Shown here piece after piece: positions 9,099 through 18,200 of a DNA stretch of 30,069 nucleotides. The stretch lies in IMG/VR virus record IMGVR_UViG_3300030372_003225, positions 1 to 30,069 of that record. One strand, written 5' to 3'. The position numbers and the translations under genes are program-made. Position 1 is the first letter of the stretch, and each line of letters starts with the position of its first letter. This stretch comes from a virus (Duplodnaviria > Caudoviricetes). Below the pieces are notes generated by a model. The model saw nothing but the letters and a program-made list of their open reading frames with translations. It had not been told where the DNA came from and made no database searches.

Positions 9099-9265
9099 TG
9101 ACAAAATTAGTAGTTAGATTACCAGAACCTAAAAAAGAATACACTGAAGATAATCAAAGACAGATTAATAGAGCTTTAACTTCTGTTATAGAACAATTAA
9201 ATTCTACGTTTTTAAAAGACATGAAGGAGGACCAAGAACGATTTACTTGGTTTGGATTAGGTTAA
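9098..9265 (+). CDS. 55-aa hypothetical virion protein (missed by ORF track)
   Basis: MTKLVVRLPEPKKEYTEDNQRQINRALTSVIEQLNSTFLKDMKEDQERFTWFGLG*. TAATG overlaps at both ends, and it exactly fills the gap. Confidence 0.8.
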   Translation: MTKLVVRLPEPKKEYTEDNQRQINRALTSVIEQLNSTFLKDMKEDQERFTWFGLG

Positions 9266-9597
9266 TGGCTAATATATATAAAAATGATAAAGTAAGTTTA
9301 ACTAATACTGACAATACAACTTTGTATACAGTACCATCAAACTCAAGGGCTATTGTAAAATCTTTATTAGTTGTAGAAGATAATGGTGGTGCAGCAGTTG
9401 TTAAAACAACATTAACTAATGAAGCAGGTACAGCATTTGTAATAGACAATGATATTAATTTAAGTGCTAATCAAAAGGAACAAGTTTTAAGTGAACCTTT
9501 AATTATGCAAGAAAGTGAAATATTAAAGGTACAAGCAACTAGTGGTAATGTAGATGTTATTGCATCTATACTAGAAATCAACAGAGAGGATAAATAA
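9265..9597 (+). CDS. Small beta-sandwich virion protein (start corrected to ATG 9265)
   Basis: MANIYKN...TTLYTVPSNSRAIVKSLLV...ILKVQA. TAATG coupling at 9263-9267. Confidence 0.65.
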   Translation: MANIYKNDKVSLTNTDNTTLYTVPSNSRAIVKSLLVVEDNGGAAVVKTTLTNEAGTAFVIDNDINLSANQKEQVLSEPLIMQESEILKVQATSGNVDVIASILEINREDK

Positions 9598-9842
9598 TGT
9601 CGTTTATAGAACAAGAAATGAAAATAATACAAGAGGAAGTAAATGGTCAAAAAGTACCATTTGTTAGACCTGAAGTAGTAGTTACCTTAAAACATAAGCT
9701 AACAGGCAAAGAATATGGATCTGATGCTGAAGCTGAAGCCGATATTCAGGACCCTAATACGGAGACTCAGTCACACCACATTGAGCGAAGTGTGAGAATA
9801 AATGTTAAACTTCCTCCTTTAGGAACATCAACTAACTTGTAA
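9597..9842 (+). CDS. Hypothetical protein
   Basis: 81-aa ORF, TAATG coupled, GAGG RBS. Confidence 0.7.
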   Translation: MSFIEQEMKIIQEEVNGQKVPFVRPEVVVTLKHKLTGKEYGSDAEAEADIQDPNTETQSHHIERSVRINVKLPPLGTSTNL

Positions 9843-9865
9843 TAGGAGAAAAAGTAGTATAAATT
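9837..9865 (+). promoter_or_regulatory. Possible sigma70-type promoter for the internal virion protein genes
   Basis: TTGTAA (9837-9842), 17-nt spacer, TAAATT (9860-9865), in the only sizeable intergenic gap of the structural region. The AT-rich background weakens this call. Confidence 0.35.
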
Positions 9866-9914
9866 ATATGATCCAGGATAACATACCTGCCTATATTTTA
9901 ATTACATAACAAAT

Positions 9915-12728
9915 ATGCCAATAACACGAGCGCAAATGAACAGACAATTATATGCAGGGGGTGGAATTATGACAGTTGCCCCAAGAGAAAAATTTGGACT
10001 AGGAAGTAGTCTTAAAAAATTTGTCAGAAAAATTATACCTAATGAAATTTCAAAAGTAGCTACAGTTGCAGCTCCGTTTGTAGCTCCATTTAATCCATTA
10101 CTTGCTGCAGGAATGGCTGGTATTGGTGGTTTTGATCAACACGGAAGTATAAGTAAAGGTTTAAAATCTGGATTAATGACATATGGCGGTGGTCAAGCTG
10201 CTAGGTATCTGGGTGGCGCTGGATTTCAAGAAGGTATAAATCCTTTTTCTGGTTTTGATGGGGGCGTAGGAAGTTTATTTAGTTCCCCTATTGGTACAGA
10301 AACAGGACTTAAACTAGGTCAATACAAAATGTTTGGTGGTTCACCAGAACTTAAAACAGTAACAGGAGTAGATTCCTCTCCAATTCAAATGGCAACGGAT
10401 TCAGCAGTTAATGTTAATGATGCTCTTTTAGGAAACCCAGATTATATGGGTGGCACAACAAGCAGTGATTTAATAAATAAAGCAGTAAGCGGTAATATAT
10501 CTAACACAGGATCTCTTGTTAATAAAAAAGTTGTAGAACAAAGTTTCTTTGAAACATTGAAATCTGGTAACATGGCCGATATAGGTAAGGCTACTATGGA
10601 TCTAGGTGGTAAAGCACTTAAAGCAATATTTACTAATCCTATTACAAATGCAGCAGGAGAAGTAACAGGAACTACATTAGACAAAACTGCAATTCTTGCA
10701 GCACTTGTGGCCGTTCCAAGTTACTTGGAAGCAAAAGCTTTAGCTGATGAAGCAGGGCTCACGGACGAAGAATTTAATGAAGATTTATACAATGCAGAAA
10801 AAGCTTCTTACATGTCTAAATATCAAGAAGCACTACCTTATGAAAGTTTTGGTTTAAAAGATGGTGGAAGAATTAAGTATGCAGGAGGTAGTGATCCTAG
10901 AGTTACCCAACTATTAGAAATAAAAAGAGCATTAAAAGAAAAAGGTGAGGACACTTCTGATATTGATGCCGAGATATTTCAAATAACAGGGAGAGTATTA
11001 GAAGCATTTGGTACTGATAAAAATAATAGAGAAGGTATTGAAACCATTGATATTGGTATGGAAATGGAAGAAAAACCTGAAAATGATAAATTAGCTTTAG
11101 GTATGGACACCATTAGAGACTACGCTTTAGGAATGAATGATGGACAAGGTCCAATTACTAGAAAAGACTATATAGATATTTATATATTCATGGGGCATGA
11201 CACAGGTACGGCAACCTCTTTAGGAACCAATGCCTATAAAGAAGGTGTTAGTAATGTAGAAGGTTTAAAAGATGGTGGAAGAATTAAAAGAAAATTTGGT
11301 TCTCCTGAAAAGGGAGAAGGTATTGAAACCATTGATATTGAAATGGAAAAAGAAGAAGTACCTGAAAACGAATTAATGGCAGGTATTACATTTAGCTCTG
11401 CAGAAAAATCTTATTTGTTTAGAAGACTAGCTGGTAATCAAGGATCAGACAGATCCTACACAATGCCTAAATTGTATAGAATTTTAAACAATCCAGGATC
11501 ATATCCTGATGATGCAGCTATATTAAAACAAATTGCTATTATGGGCCTTAACAAAAAAGATGGTGGAAGAATAGGGTTTAATGAAGGTACTAACTTAGAC
11601 GAAATTTTAAAAGAAGATATGACTATTTCTGAGAGCCGTAATGATCCAAAAAATATGACTACAAAAGAAATTGTAAGTATTATTCAATCTGGGAGATCTA
11701 CTCCAGAGATGTTTGAAGAATTAATGTTAAGAGGTTACTCTGGAGTTGATTCACTGATATTAGAGGAAATAGGTGGTAAAAAATTAGACAAACCTGAAAC
11801 AGCTTATACTTTTAGATCTGATGGAAAAACAGGTGTACTAGAAGACTTTTTATTTAAATTAAGAGAATCTAATCCTGATATTTATGGAAAATATAAAAGA
11901 CCTATAGACAATTATCCTACTGAAGGTCCTTCTACACAAGTAAAATTTTTGGATAATACAACGATGAAAGCTAACGGTGGCAGAATAGGATTTGAAAGTG
12001 GTACTTCATGGATTACTAAAAAATCTGATTCAACAGGAATAGAAGATTTAATGATAGATGGAGAAAACGATCTTACAGAATGGATTAAGAGAAAAACAAT
12101 TATAGACAAAGAACCTGCTTCTAATTGGATTCAGAAAAAAATAAAAACAGTTGAAGATTCAGACAAAGAACCTACTTCGTGGATTAAGAAAAAAGAAGAA
12201 CCTGAGACATGGATTACTAAAAAATCACAACACAACAAATTAATAGAAAAATTAGATTCTTTCTATCAAGACAGTGAAGCTAGCGGTGGAAGATTGTTTC
12301 AAGACCTACAAACTACACATGGAATTTTATTAAGAGACTTACAAAATGGAACTAATAAAAGCGGTTTAAATACCGATAAAATTAAAGCAGAAGATCCTGT
12401 TGAAATGACAGCCACAATCTTACTAGGCACATTTTCTACTGGTGGTAAATCTATTGAAGAAAAAGCAAAAGGTGGTATCATGGGGATGGAAGTTCCTGTA
12501 AGAAAAAACCAGGGCGGTGTCAGTGAACTAGACTACAGAAATACCGGCGGCTTTGTACCAGTTGGCGTTAAAGAGAGAGCTGATGATGTTCCTGCAATGT
12601 TAAGCAAAAACGAATTTGTATTTACTGCAGATGCAGTAAGAAATGCTGGTAATGGCAATATTAATAAAGGTGCACAAAAAATGTATAACATGATGAAAAA
12701 TTTAGAAAACGGAGGAACACTAGCATAA
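9915..12728 (+). CDS. Modular internal virion protein with repeated GG motifs (putative polyprotein / ejection protein)
   Basis: Gly-rich hydrophobic N-terminal region; repeated KDGGRI/ANGGRI motifs; C-terminal GGFVPVG...DDVPAMLSKNEFVFTADAVR domain. Confidence 0.6.
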   Translation: MPITRAQMNRQLYAGGGIMTVAPREKFGLGSSLKKFVRKIIPNEISKVATVAAPFVAPFNPLLAAGMAGIGGFDQHGSISKGLKSGLMTYGGGQAARYLGGAGFQEGINPFSGFDGGVGSLFSSPIGTETGLKLGQYKMFGGSPELKTVTGVDSSPIQMATDSAVNVNDALLGNPDYMGGTTSSDLINKAVSGNISNTGSLVNKKVVEQSFFETLKSGNMADIGKATMDLGGKALKAIFTNPITNAAGEVTGTTLDKTAILAALVAVPSYLEAKALADEAGLTDEEFNEDLYNAEKASYMSKYQEALPYESFGLKDGGRIKYAGGSDPRVTQLLEIKRALKEKGEDTSDIDAEIFQITGRVLEAFGTDKNNREGIETIDIGMEMEEKPENDKLALGMDTIRDYALGMNDGQGPITRKDYIDIYIFMGHDTGTATSLGTNAYKEGVSNVEGLKDGGRIKRKFGSPEKGEGIETIDIEMEKEEVPENELMAGITFSSAEKSYLFRRLAGNQGSDRSYTMPKLYRILNNPGSYPDDAAILKQIAIMGLNKKDGGRIGFNEGTNLDEILKEDMTISESRNDPKNMTTKEIVSIIQSGRSTPEMFEELMLRGYSGVDSLILEEIGGKKLDKPETAYTFRSDGKTGVLEDFLFKLRESNPDIYGKYKRPIDNYPTEGPSTQVKFLDNTTMKANGGRIGFESGTSWITKKSDSTGIEDLMIDGENDLTEWIKRKTIIDKEPASNWIQKKIKTVEDSDKEPTSWIKKKEEPETWITKKSQHNKLIEKLDSFYQDSEASGGRLFQDLQTTHGILLRDLQNGTNKSGLNTDKIKAEDPVEMTATILLGTFSTGGKSIEEKAKGGIMGMEVPVRKNQGGVSELDYRNTGGFVPVGVKERADDVPAMLSKNEFVFTADAVRNAGNGNINKGAQKMYNMMKNLENGGTLA
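10851..11287 (+). repeat. 26-nt exact direct repeat ggtttaaaagatggtggaagaattaa (10851-10876 and 11262-11287; partial third copy ~11556-11572)
   Basis: Read directly from the sequence; encodes GLKDGGRI. Confidence 0.9.
11029..11340 (+). repeat. 27-nt exact direct repeat gagaaggtattgaaaccattgatattg (11029-11055 and 11314-11340)
   Basis: Read directly from the sequence; encodes EGIETIDI. Confidence 0.9.
12007..12226 (+). repeat. Five W-I-x-K-[K/R] peptide repeats; 19-nt exact repeat catggattactaaaaaatc at 12007 and 12208
   Basis: SWITKK, EWIKRK, NWIQKK, SWIKKK, TWITKK in the translation. Confidence 0.85.
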
Positions 12729-13597
12729 TGGCAACTAACACTACAATCAATAGACCCGCTCCCTATTTAGAAGCAGCAGGAGAAACACTATTAGATCTAA
12801 CTACCAAACTTACAGGAAAAGAAGTTGATACTTCCAAATTTGCACCAACAGTTGCAGGTCAAAATGTATTAACACAACAAGCACAACAACAAGCAGCAAC
12901 ACAAGCGGGACTTGGTACTTTAACTTTTGGATCAGAAGGTCAAGTTAGTGGTGTAGGTGCAGGTACAGGTGTTGCAGGTTATCAACCTTTTTTAGATCAA
13001 GCAGCAGCATATTCAGGACCACAAGGTTATCAAGGTTTTATGTCACCTTACCAACAAGACATTATAGATACTTCATTAGCAGAATTCGATAAACAAAAAG
13101 CAATACAACAAAATCAAATAGCTCAAAATGCAATTACAGCTGGAGCTTTTGGTGGAGCTAGACAAGGTGTACAAGAAGCAGAATTTGGAGCCCAAACTTT
13201 ACAAGACAGAGCTTTATTACAAGCACAGATGTTAGGACAAGGATATGCACAAGCTAATCAATTAGCAAATCAAGGTTTTGAACAACAAAAAGGTTTAGCA
13301 TCATTACAACCATCACTAGCACAAGCTAACATACAAGCACTAGGTGGAGCAGGTACTAGCGATCTTGGATATCAACAAGCACTATTAGATGCGTCTGCAC
13401 AAGGTAATCAATTAAAAGCATACGAACCATATAACAGATTACAATTCTTAAGTTCTATAACTGGTGGATTATTGTCAGGGCAACCTCAAGCTTATATGAC
13501 AACATCCCCTGCAACAGGAGGAACAGCCGGACCATTAAGCACCGCACTGGGAACAGCAGCTAGTGTATATGGTTTAGGAAGTTTATTTGGAAAATAA
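12728..13597 (+). CDS. Gln/Ala-rich internal virion (DNA ejection/pilot-type) protein
   Basis: MSPYQQDIID and AGAFGGARQGVQEAE motifs, Q/A-rich helical composition, Gly-rich hydrophobic C-terminus. Confidence 0.6.
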   Translation: MATNTTINRPAPYLEAAGETLLDLTTKLTGKEVDTSKFAPTVAGQNVLTQQAQQQAATQAGLGTLTFGSEGQVSGVGAGTGVAGYQPFLDQAAAYSGPQGYQGFMSPYQQDIIDTSLAEFDKQKAIQQNQIAQNAITAGAFGGARQGVQEAEFGAQTLQDRALLQAQMLGQGYAQANQLANQGFEQQKGLASLQPSLAQANIQALGGAGTSDLGYQQALLDASAQGNQLKAYEPYNRLQFLSSITGGLLSGQPQAYMTTSPATGGTAGPLSTALGTAASVYGLGSLFGK

Positions 13598-15231
13598 TGT
13601 ATAACGTATTTAAAAGACCTATGTTTAGAAAAGGTGGCAGTTCTAAAGGAACTGGTATCATGTCCCATGTAGAACCTAGAGTTCAAGCCAACAGCGGTTA
13701 CTTTGGTCAAACACCTATTTATCCTGTACCCTTAAATCAAATTAAAGTAAATGCTGCTATGGGTATGGGTGATGGTAGGGTTCCAATGATGAAAAGTTTT
13801 CCTATGGATGCACAAGTTATGGGAGCTAGTACCAATGTTAGACCTACCATAAATAAAAAAAACACTGATACTTCTCTATCGGGTTTTGATTATGGAATAG
13901 ATGGTCAAATGCCTAATGTTGAAGGTCCTTCTCAAGAAGAAATTTTTGCTCAAATGTTTGAAAGAGTTACAAAAAAAGCAAAAGAAGGTAAATTTTTAAA
14001 TGCTGAAGAAAGAAAATTTGCAATGGACAATGGTATTAAAATGTACAACGAATTAGCAAGTGGGGATACTCAAATTTCATTAGAAGAAGTTATTGCTGAT
14101 AAAAACAAATCTAAAGAAATAGATTTTTCTGAAGTAGGTGCTGCAGGAGATCAAATTACTATGGCTTCAGAATCAGAAAAAATAGCTAGAGCTAATGCAT
14201 TACAAAAGAAAAAATTAGATATCGTACCTGGTGGAGACAATAGTGGTAAACTTACAACTGATATTATGGAAGAAGTTGCAAACGAAAAGAAAATTTTAAA
14301 CGAACTATTAAAAAATGACAAATTAACTAGAGGTGAGAATGCTTTAATTATAGCAGCCGCTTTAACTGAGCCTGGTGGAATTAATGAAAAAGTTAAAAAA
14401 GCAACAGAGCTTGCATTACCTGTCGCAAGATCAAGAGCTAAAGAAGATAAAGCTGTTACATTAACTGCTTACAAAGCTGCTAAAGAAAAAGAAAAGTATG
14501 CACAAAAATATAAAGCTGATGCAAATAAACCTACTCAGGAAATGAAAAACCTAAACAATAGAGCTAATATTTTAATACAAAATGGTGACAAAAGAGATAA
14601 AGAAACAATAAAAGCAGAAATGATAAAAGATTCAATGAATGAGTCTGCAGATGTTAAAGCACAAAGAGCAATTATTAAACAATATTTACCTGAAATTGAT
14701 GAGAGACATAGTGATGTTTTAAAATACAGAAAACAAGTAAAAGAATATGCAAATAAGTACACAGGAAAAGATATAACTCAAGATAAAAAATACATAAACT
14801 TACTTGAAAAATTATCTAAGGCAGAAACTCTTTTTGGAACATTTATAGATAGTAATGATGTTTTATTAAATACAGTTCCTCAATATAGAGAAGTAATTGA
14901 AAGTCTTTCTAAAACAAAAGCTAAGGATGGCGGACGAATTGGTTATTCAATGGGTACAGACCCCAATGAACCGATTGAAGATATAGAATCTACAGAAGTA
15001 ATAACAACAGGCGGTACGGAAACTCAAGAAAAACCTGTTCTTAATTTAAGTTATGCAGAACTTAGGGATAGATTACCTCCTGAAATAACAGATCAAGTTG
15101 TAGCTTTATTAGCAAGTAGTGAGGAAGCCTTACAAGACTTTGCTTACATTACTTCACAAGAAGATGTTCAAAAGTTTAATGTTAAATACGGAGTAAATTT
15201 AGTTGTTCCTCCTGCTCAACCAACTGCATAG
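13597..15231 (+). CDS. Internal virion protein (charged, helical) with GG motifs
   Basis: N-terminal RPMFRKGG...GIMS; KAKDGGRIGYSMG at residue ~445 precedes an acidic C-terminal domain; TAATG coupled. Confidence 0.55.
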   Translation: MYNVFKRPMFRKGGSSKGTGIMSHVEPRVQANSGYFGQTPIYPVPLNQIKVNAAMGMGDGRVPMMKSFPMDAQVMGASTNVRPTINKKNTDTSLSGFDYGIDGQMPNVEGPSQEEIFAQMFERVTKKAKEGKFLNAEERKFAMDNGIKMYNELASGDTQISLEEVIADKNKSKEIDFSEVGAAGDQITMASESEKIARANALQKKKLDIVPGGDNSGKLTTDIMEEVANEKKILNELLKNDKLTRGENALIIAAALTEPGGINEKVKKATELALPVARSRAKEDKAVTLTAYKAAKEKEKYAQKYKADANKPTQEMKNLNNRANILIQNGDKRDKETIKAEMIKDSMNESADVKAQRAIIKQYLPEIDERHSDVLKYRKQVKEYANKYTGKDITQDKKYINLLEKLSKAETLFGTFIDSNDVLLNTVPQYREVIESLSKTKAKDGGRIGYSMGTDPNEPIEDIESTEVITTGGTETQEKPVLNLSYAELRDRLPPEITDQVVALLASSEEALQDFAYITSQEDVQKFNVKYGVNLVVPPAQPTA

Positions 15232-15239
15232 GAGTCTAA

Positions 15240-18200
15240 ATGGCCTGGGAAACTTGGGAAGAAGATGTTGAAGTTGCAAGAGGTGGCGACGTTGGAACAT
15301 TAGGATATATTACTGATACTGTTATTACAGGTCCAGCTAAAGGATTAAGTTTAGCTGTTAGAGGACTGTTAGAAATGGGTGCAATGCCTATTGATTATTT
15401 AGCTAACACAAATTTATTAAAAGGAATAGAGGATATTTTTGAAGGAGATGGTTTCCTTGCAACTCCTGATACTAAAACTGCATTAGGAGACATTACTTCT
15501 GTTATAACTCAGTTTGGAGTTCCTTATCTAGGAGCATTAAAAATTGCTAATGGTTTAAGTAAAATGAAATCAGGAGCTGGTTTCACAATGACTAAACTTG
15601 GTAGCCTATCTAAAGCTGGTAAAGCTGCTGAACTTACTAAACGTGCAGGTTATTTTGGAGGTATAGGTGGAGTTGTAGATTTTGCAGTTTCTACTCCAAG
15701 TGAATTAGGAACCTTGTCTGATATTACAGGGCTCACGGAAAAAACTGATTACTCAGGTTTAGAAGGAAGAGATAGAGCAATTGAAACTATAAAAGGTAAA
15801 GCAAAATTTGGTGCAGAAGGAGCTGTGTTAGGAGCGGGAGTAACACTTTTACCACAAGCAGCATCTTTAGGTTTTAGATATGGAATTCTACCTGCAGCTA
15901 AAACAGTTGGTTATGTAGGAGGAAAAGCTTTAAATGTAGTGGACTACCCCTTAACAGGAGCAATTAATGCTATTGTTGGTAAAAATAATAAAAGTATTCT
16001 TCAAGAAGCAGTTATAGCAGGTCGAACTAGATTGTCAGATGCAGGTAAAAAAATTGCAGGCGATGTAGAATGGAGATATGTTCCAGCTGAAGGTGGTTTA
16101 ATGGATCATCTTAAAAGAAGAATTATAAAATTAAGAGATCAATTTGATACATATAGAGGACAAGGTAAAGCTATAAGAGATATACAAGTAGATCTTAATT
16201 TAAAATTTGGTGCAGAACAAAAAACATTAACTAGAATTGGTCAAGCCATTCAAGAAGGACACAAAGATATTATAGATAAATACAAAGTTATTTTTAATAG
16301 AGATGGAGATTCATTATTAAAATTACAATTAGAAGACAACAAAGTACACAATTTATTACTAGCTACTTCAAAAAGCGAAAAAAGAGAAATACTAAAAACA
16401 ATTCCAAAAGAAGTTAGGAAAAATGTAATGCGGTTTGATAAATTAATTGATGCTGCAGCTACAAGATTTAGTGCATTTACTGCTGGAATAACTAAGAAAG
16501 AGGCTTTGCAAAGTTTAGCTGCAGACTATGCTTTGTATAGTAAAAGAAATTTTGCTGCATTTAATAATAAAAAATTTGAATTTAATCCTCTGTTAGACAA
16601 AAATGCTATTAAAGAATTTAAAAATATAATTAGAACAGGTGACAAAGATGTGTTAGCTGCAGTCAGACAAGAAGCTGTTAAAATAGCTAAAGGAGCTACT
16701 TCAGGAAAAGTTTATGACGATGCTTATGAACAAGCATTAGAGAAATTTGCTAAAAGAGATATGTTAGCATACAAACAAAAAGTTATATCTGGAGCACAAA
16801 GCCCCGAGTTTGCATTTAACGAATTAAATAAAATGTGGAATGTTACAGAAAAAACTAAAGGCGAACCGTTAAAAGCTTTTAAAGGGGAAGATCTACCTGA
16901 TGCAGTAAAAAGAATGTTATCTGTTGAAAAAGGTAGAACAGGTGCAGAACTCTCTAAAAAAGGTGTAAGAGATTCTTCTGGAAAACTAATAACTGAAGAC
17001 GTTAAAACTTGGAGTGCAATTAATGCGGGTCTAGATGTAGCTCTTCAACAATCAAAACAAATGTATGGTAAGAAAGCTTTTGATAGTATTTTACAGGCAG
17101 GCTTAAGAACTGGAGACAATGTAAACGGAGCAATATTTGATGCTGCCGCTAAGGCAAGATTGGGCAGTAAAACAGAACTTGTAAATCTAGCTAACATTGG
17201 GCATAAACAAAATTTTTCTGATCTTGTTATGACAAGTGATTTATTTAACGGTAAGTATTTCGCTGCTCCAGAATTAGCTCATGCATTAGTGGGTGCTAAA
17301 GAAGCAACCGCTGGGTTGTATAGTCTTCCTTTTTATAAAGGTTTAATGACTTTAAAAGCAGGTGCACAAATATCTAAAACAATTTTATCACCTATGACAC
17401 AAATAAGAAACTTTACAACAGCAGCAATGTTTCCTATGGCTAGTGGATTAATAGGAGGTCGAATTGGTTTTAAAGATGCTTGGAGATTAACAGGTGAAGA
17501 TATATTTGCAGGAGCAAAAACAGATATAGAAAGAATTGCTAGAATAGAAAGATTAATTGAAAGAGGAGTTATTGATCAAAACGTTAACCTGGCTGAAATG
17601 AGAAGAGTTTTAGAAGCTGCTAAAAACGGTAAACTTGATTTTCAAGGGCTAATGAATAGTCCTGTTATGAAAAAACTAACTGATGTATATCAAGGTGCTG
17701 ATAACTACTGGAAAATTTATTCAGATAATTTTTATCAAGGTGCGTTAGCAACTGCTTTTTCTAGAAACGGTGCTATGGACGCAACTGCTTTAATGAAGAT
17801 GCCTGCAGGTGCTCAAAAAGAAGCTGCTCAAGCTGCTTTTTTTAAAAACATAGATGATTGGTTTAGAACAGTTACAGGTAGTAAATTTGAAAAAATTAAT
17901 ACTTTTACAGGTGCTGCTAAAACTCCTTTAGAAGCATTAGAAGAAGCTTCTGCGTATTTAGTTACTAATACAATTCCTACCTATAGTAAGGTTCCAAAAG
18001 TAATTGAAAATATTAGAAACTTACCTTTAGGAAACTTTATAGCTTTCCCTGCAGAAATTTTAAGAACTTCATCAAATATATTTGCAATTGGTACAAGAGA
18101 GTTAACTAGTAATAATCCTTACATAAGACAAATGGGAATGAGAAGATTAGTAGGTCTTTCGACTGTTCTTGGCGGTGTTGGATATACTGTTAAAAAAGGA

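Noticed and set aside
9874-9889. CAGG-N8-CCTG hairpin upstream of the 937-aa gene
   Set aside because: The stem is too short to call a terminator or structured RNA.
10851-12226. Direct repeats as a CRISPR or mini-array
   Set aside because: There are only two or three copies, spacing is irregular (hundreds of nt), all copies are in frame within a long ORF, and there are no cas genes.
422-14762. Many short minus-strand and off-frame ORFs in the track (e.g. 422..739, 1692..1913, 2958..3233, 4313..4522, 9243..9449, 10442..10684, 14535..14762)
   Set aside because: They lie within or across well-supported plus-strand genes and have no recognisable motifs; they are shadow ORFs.
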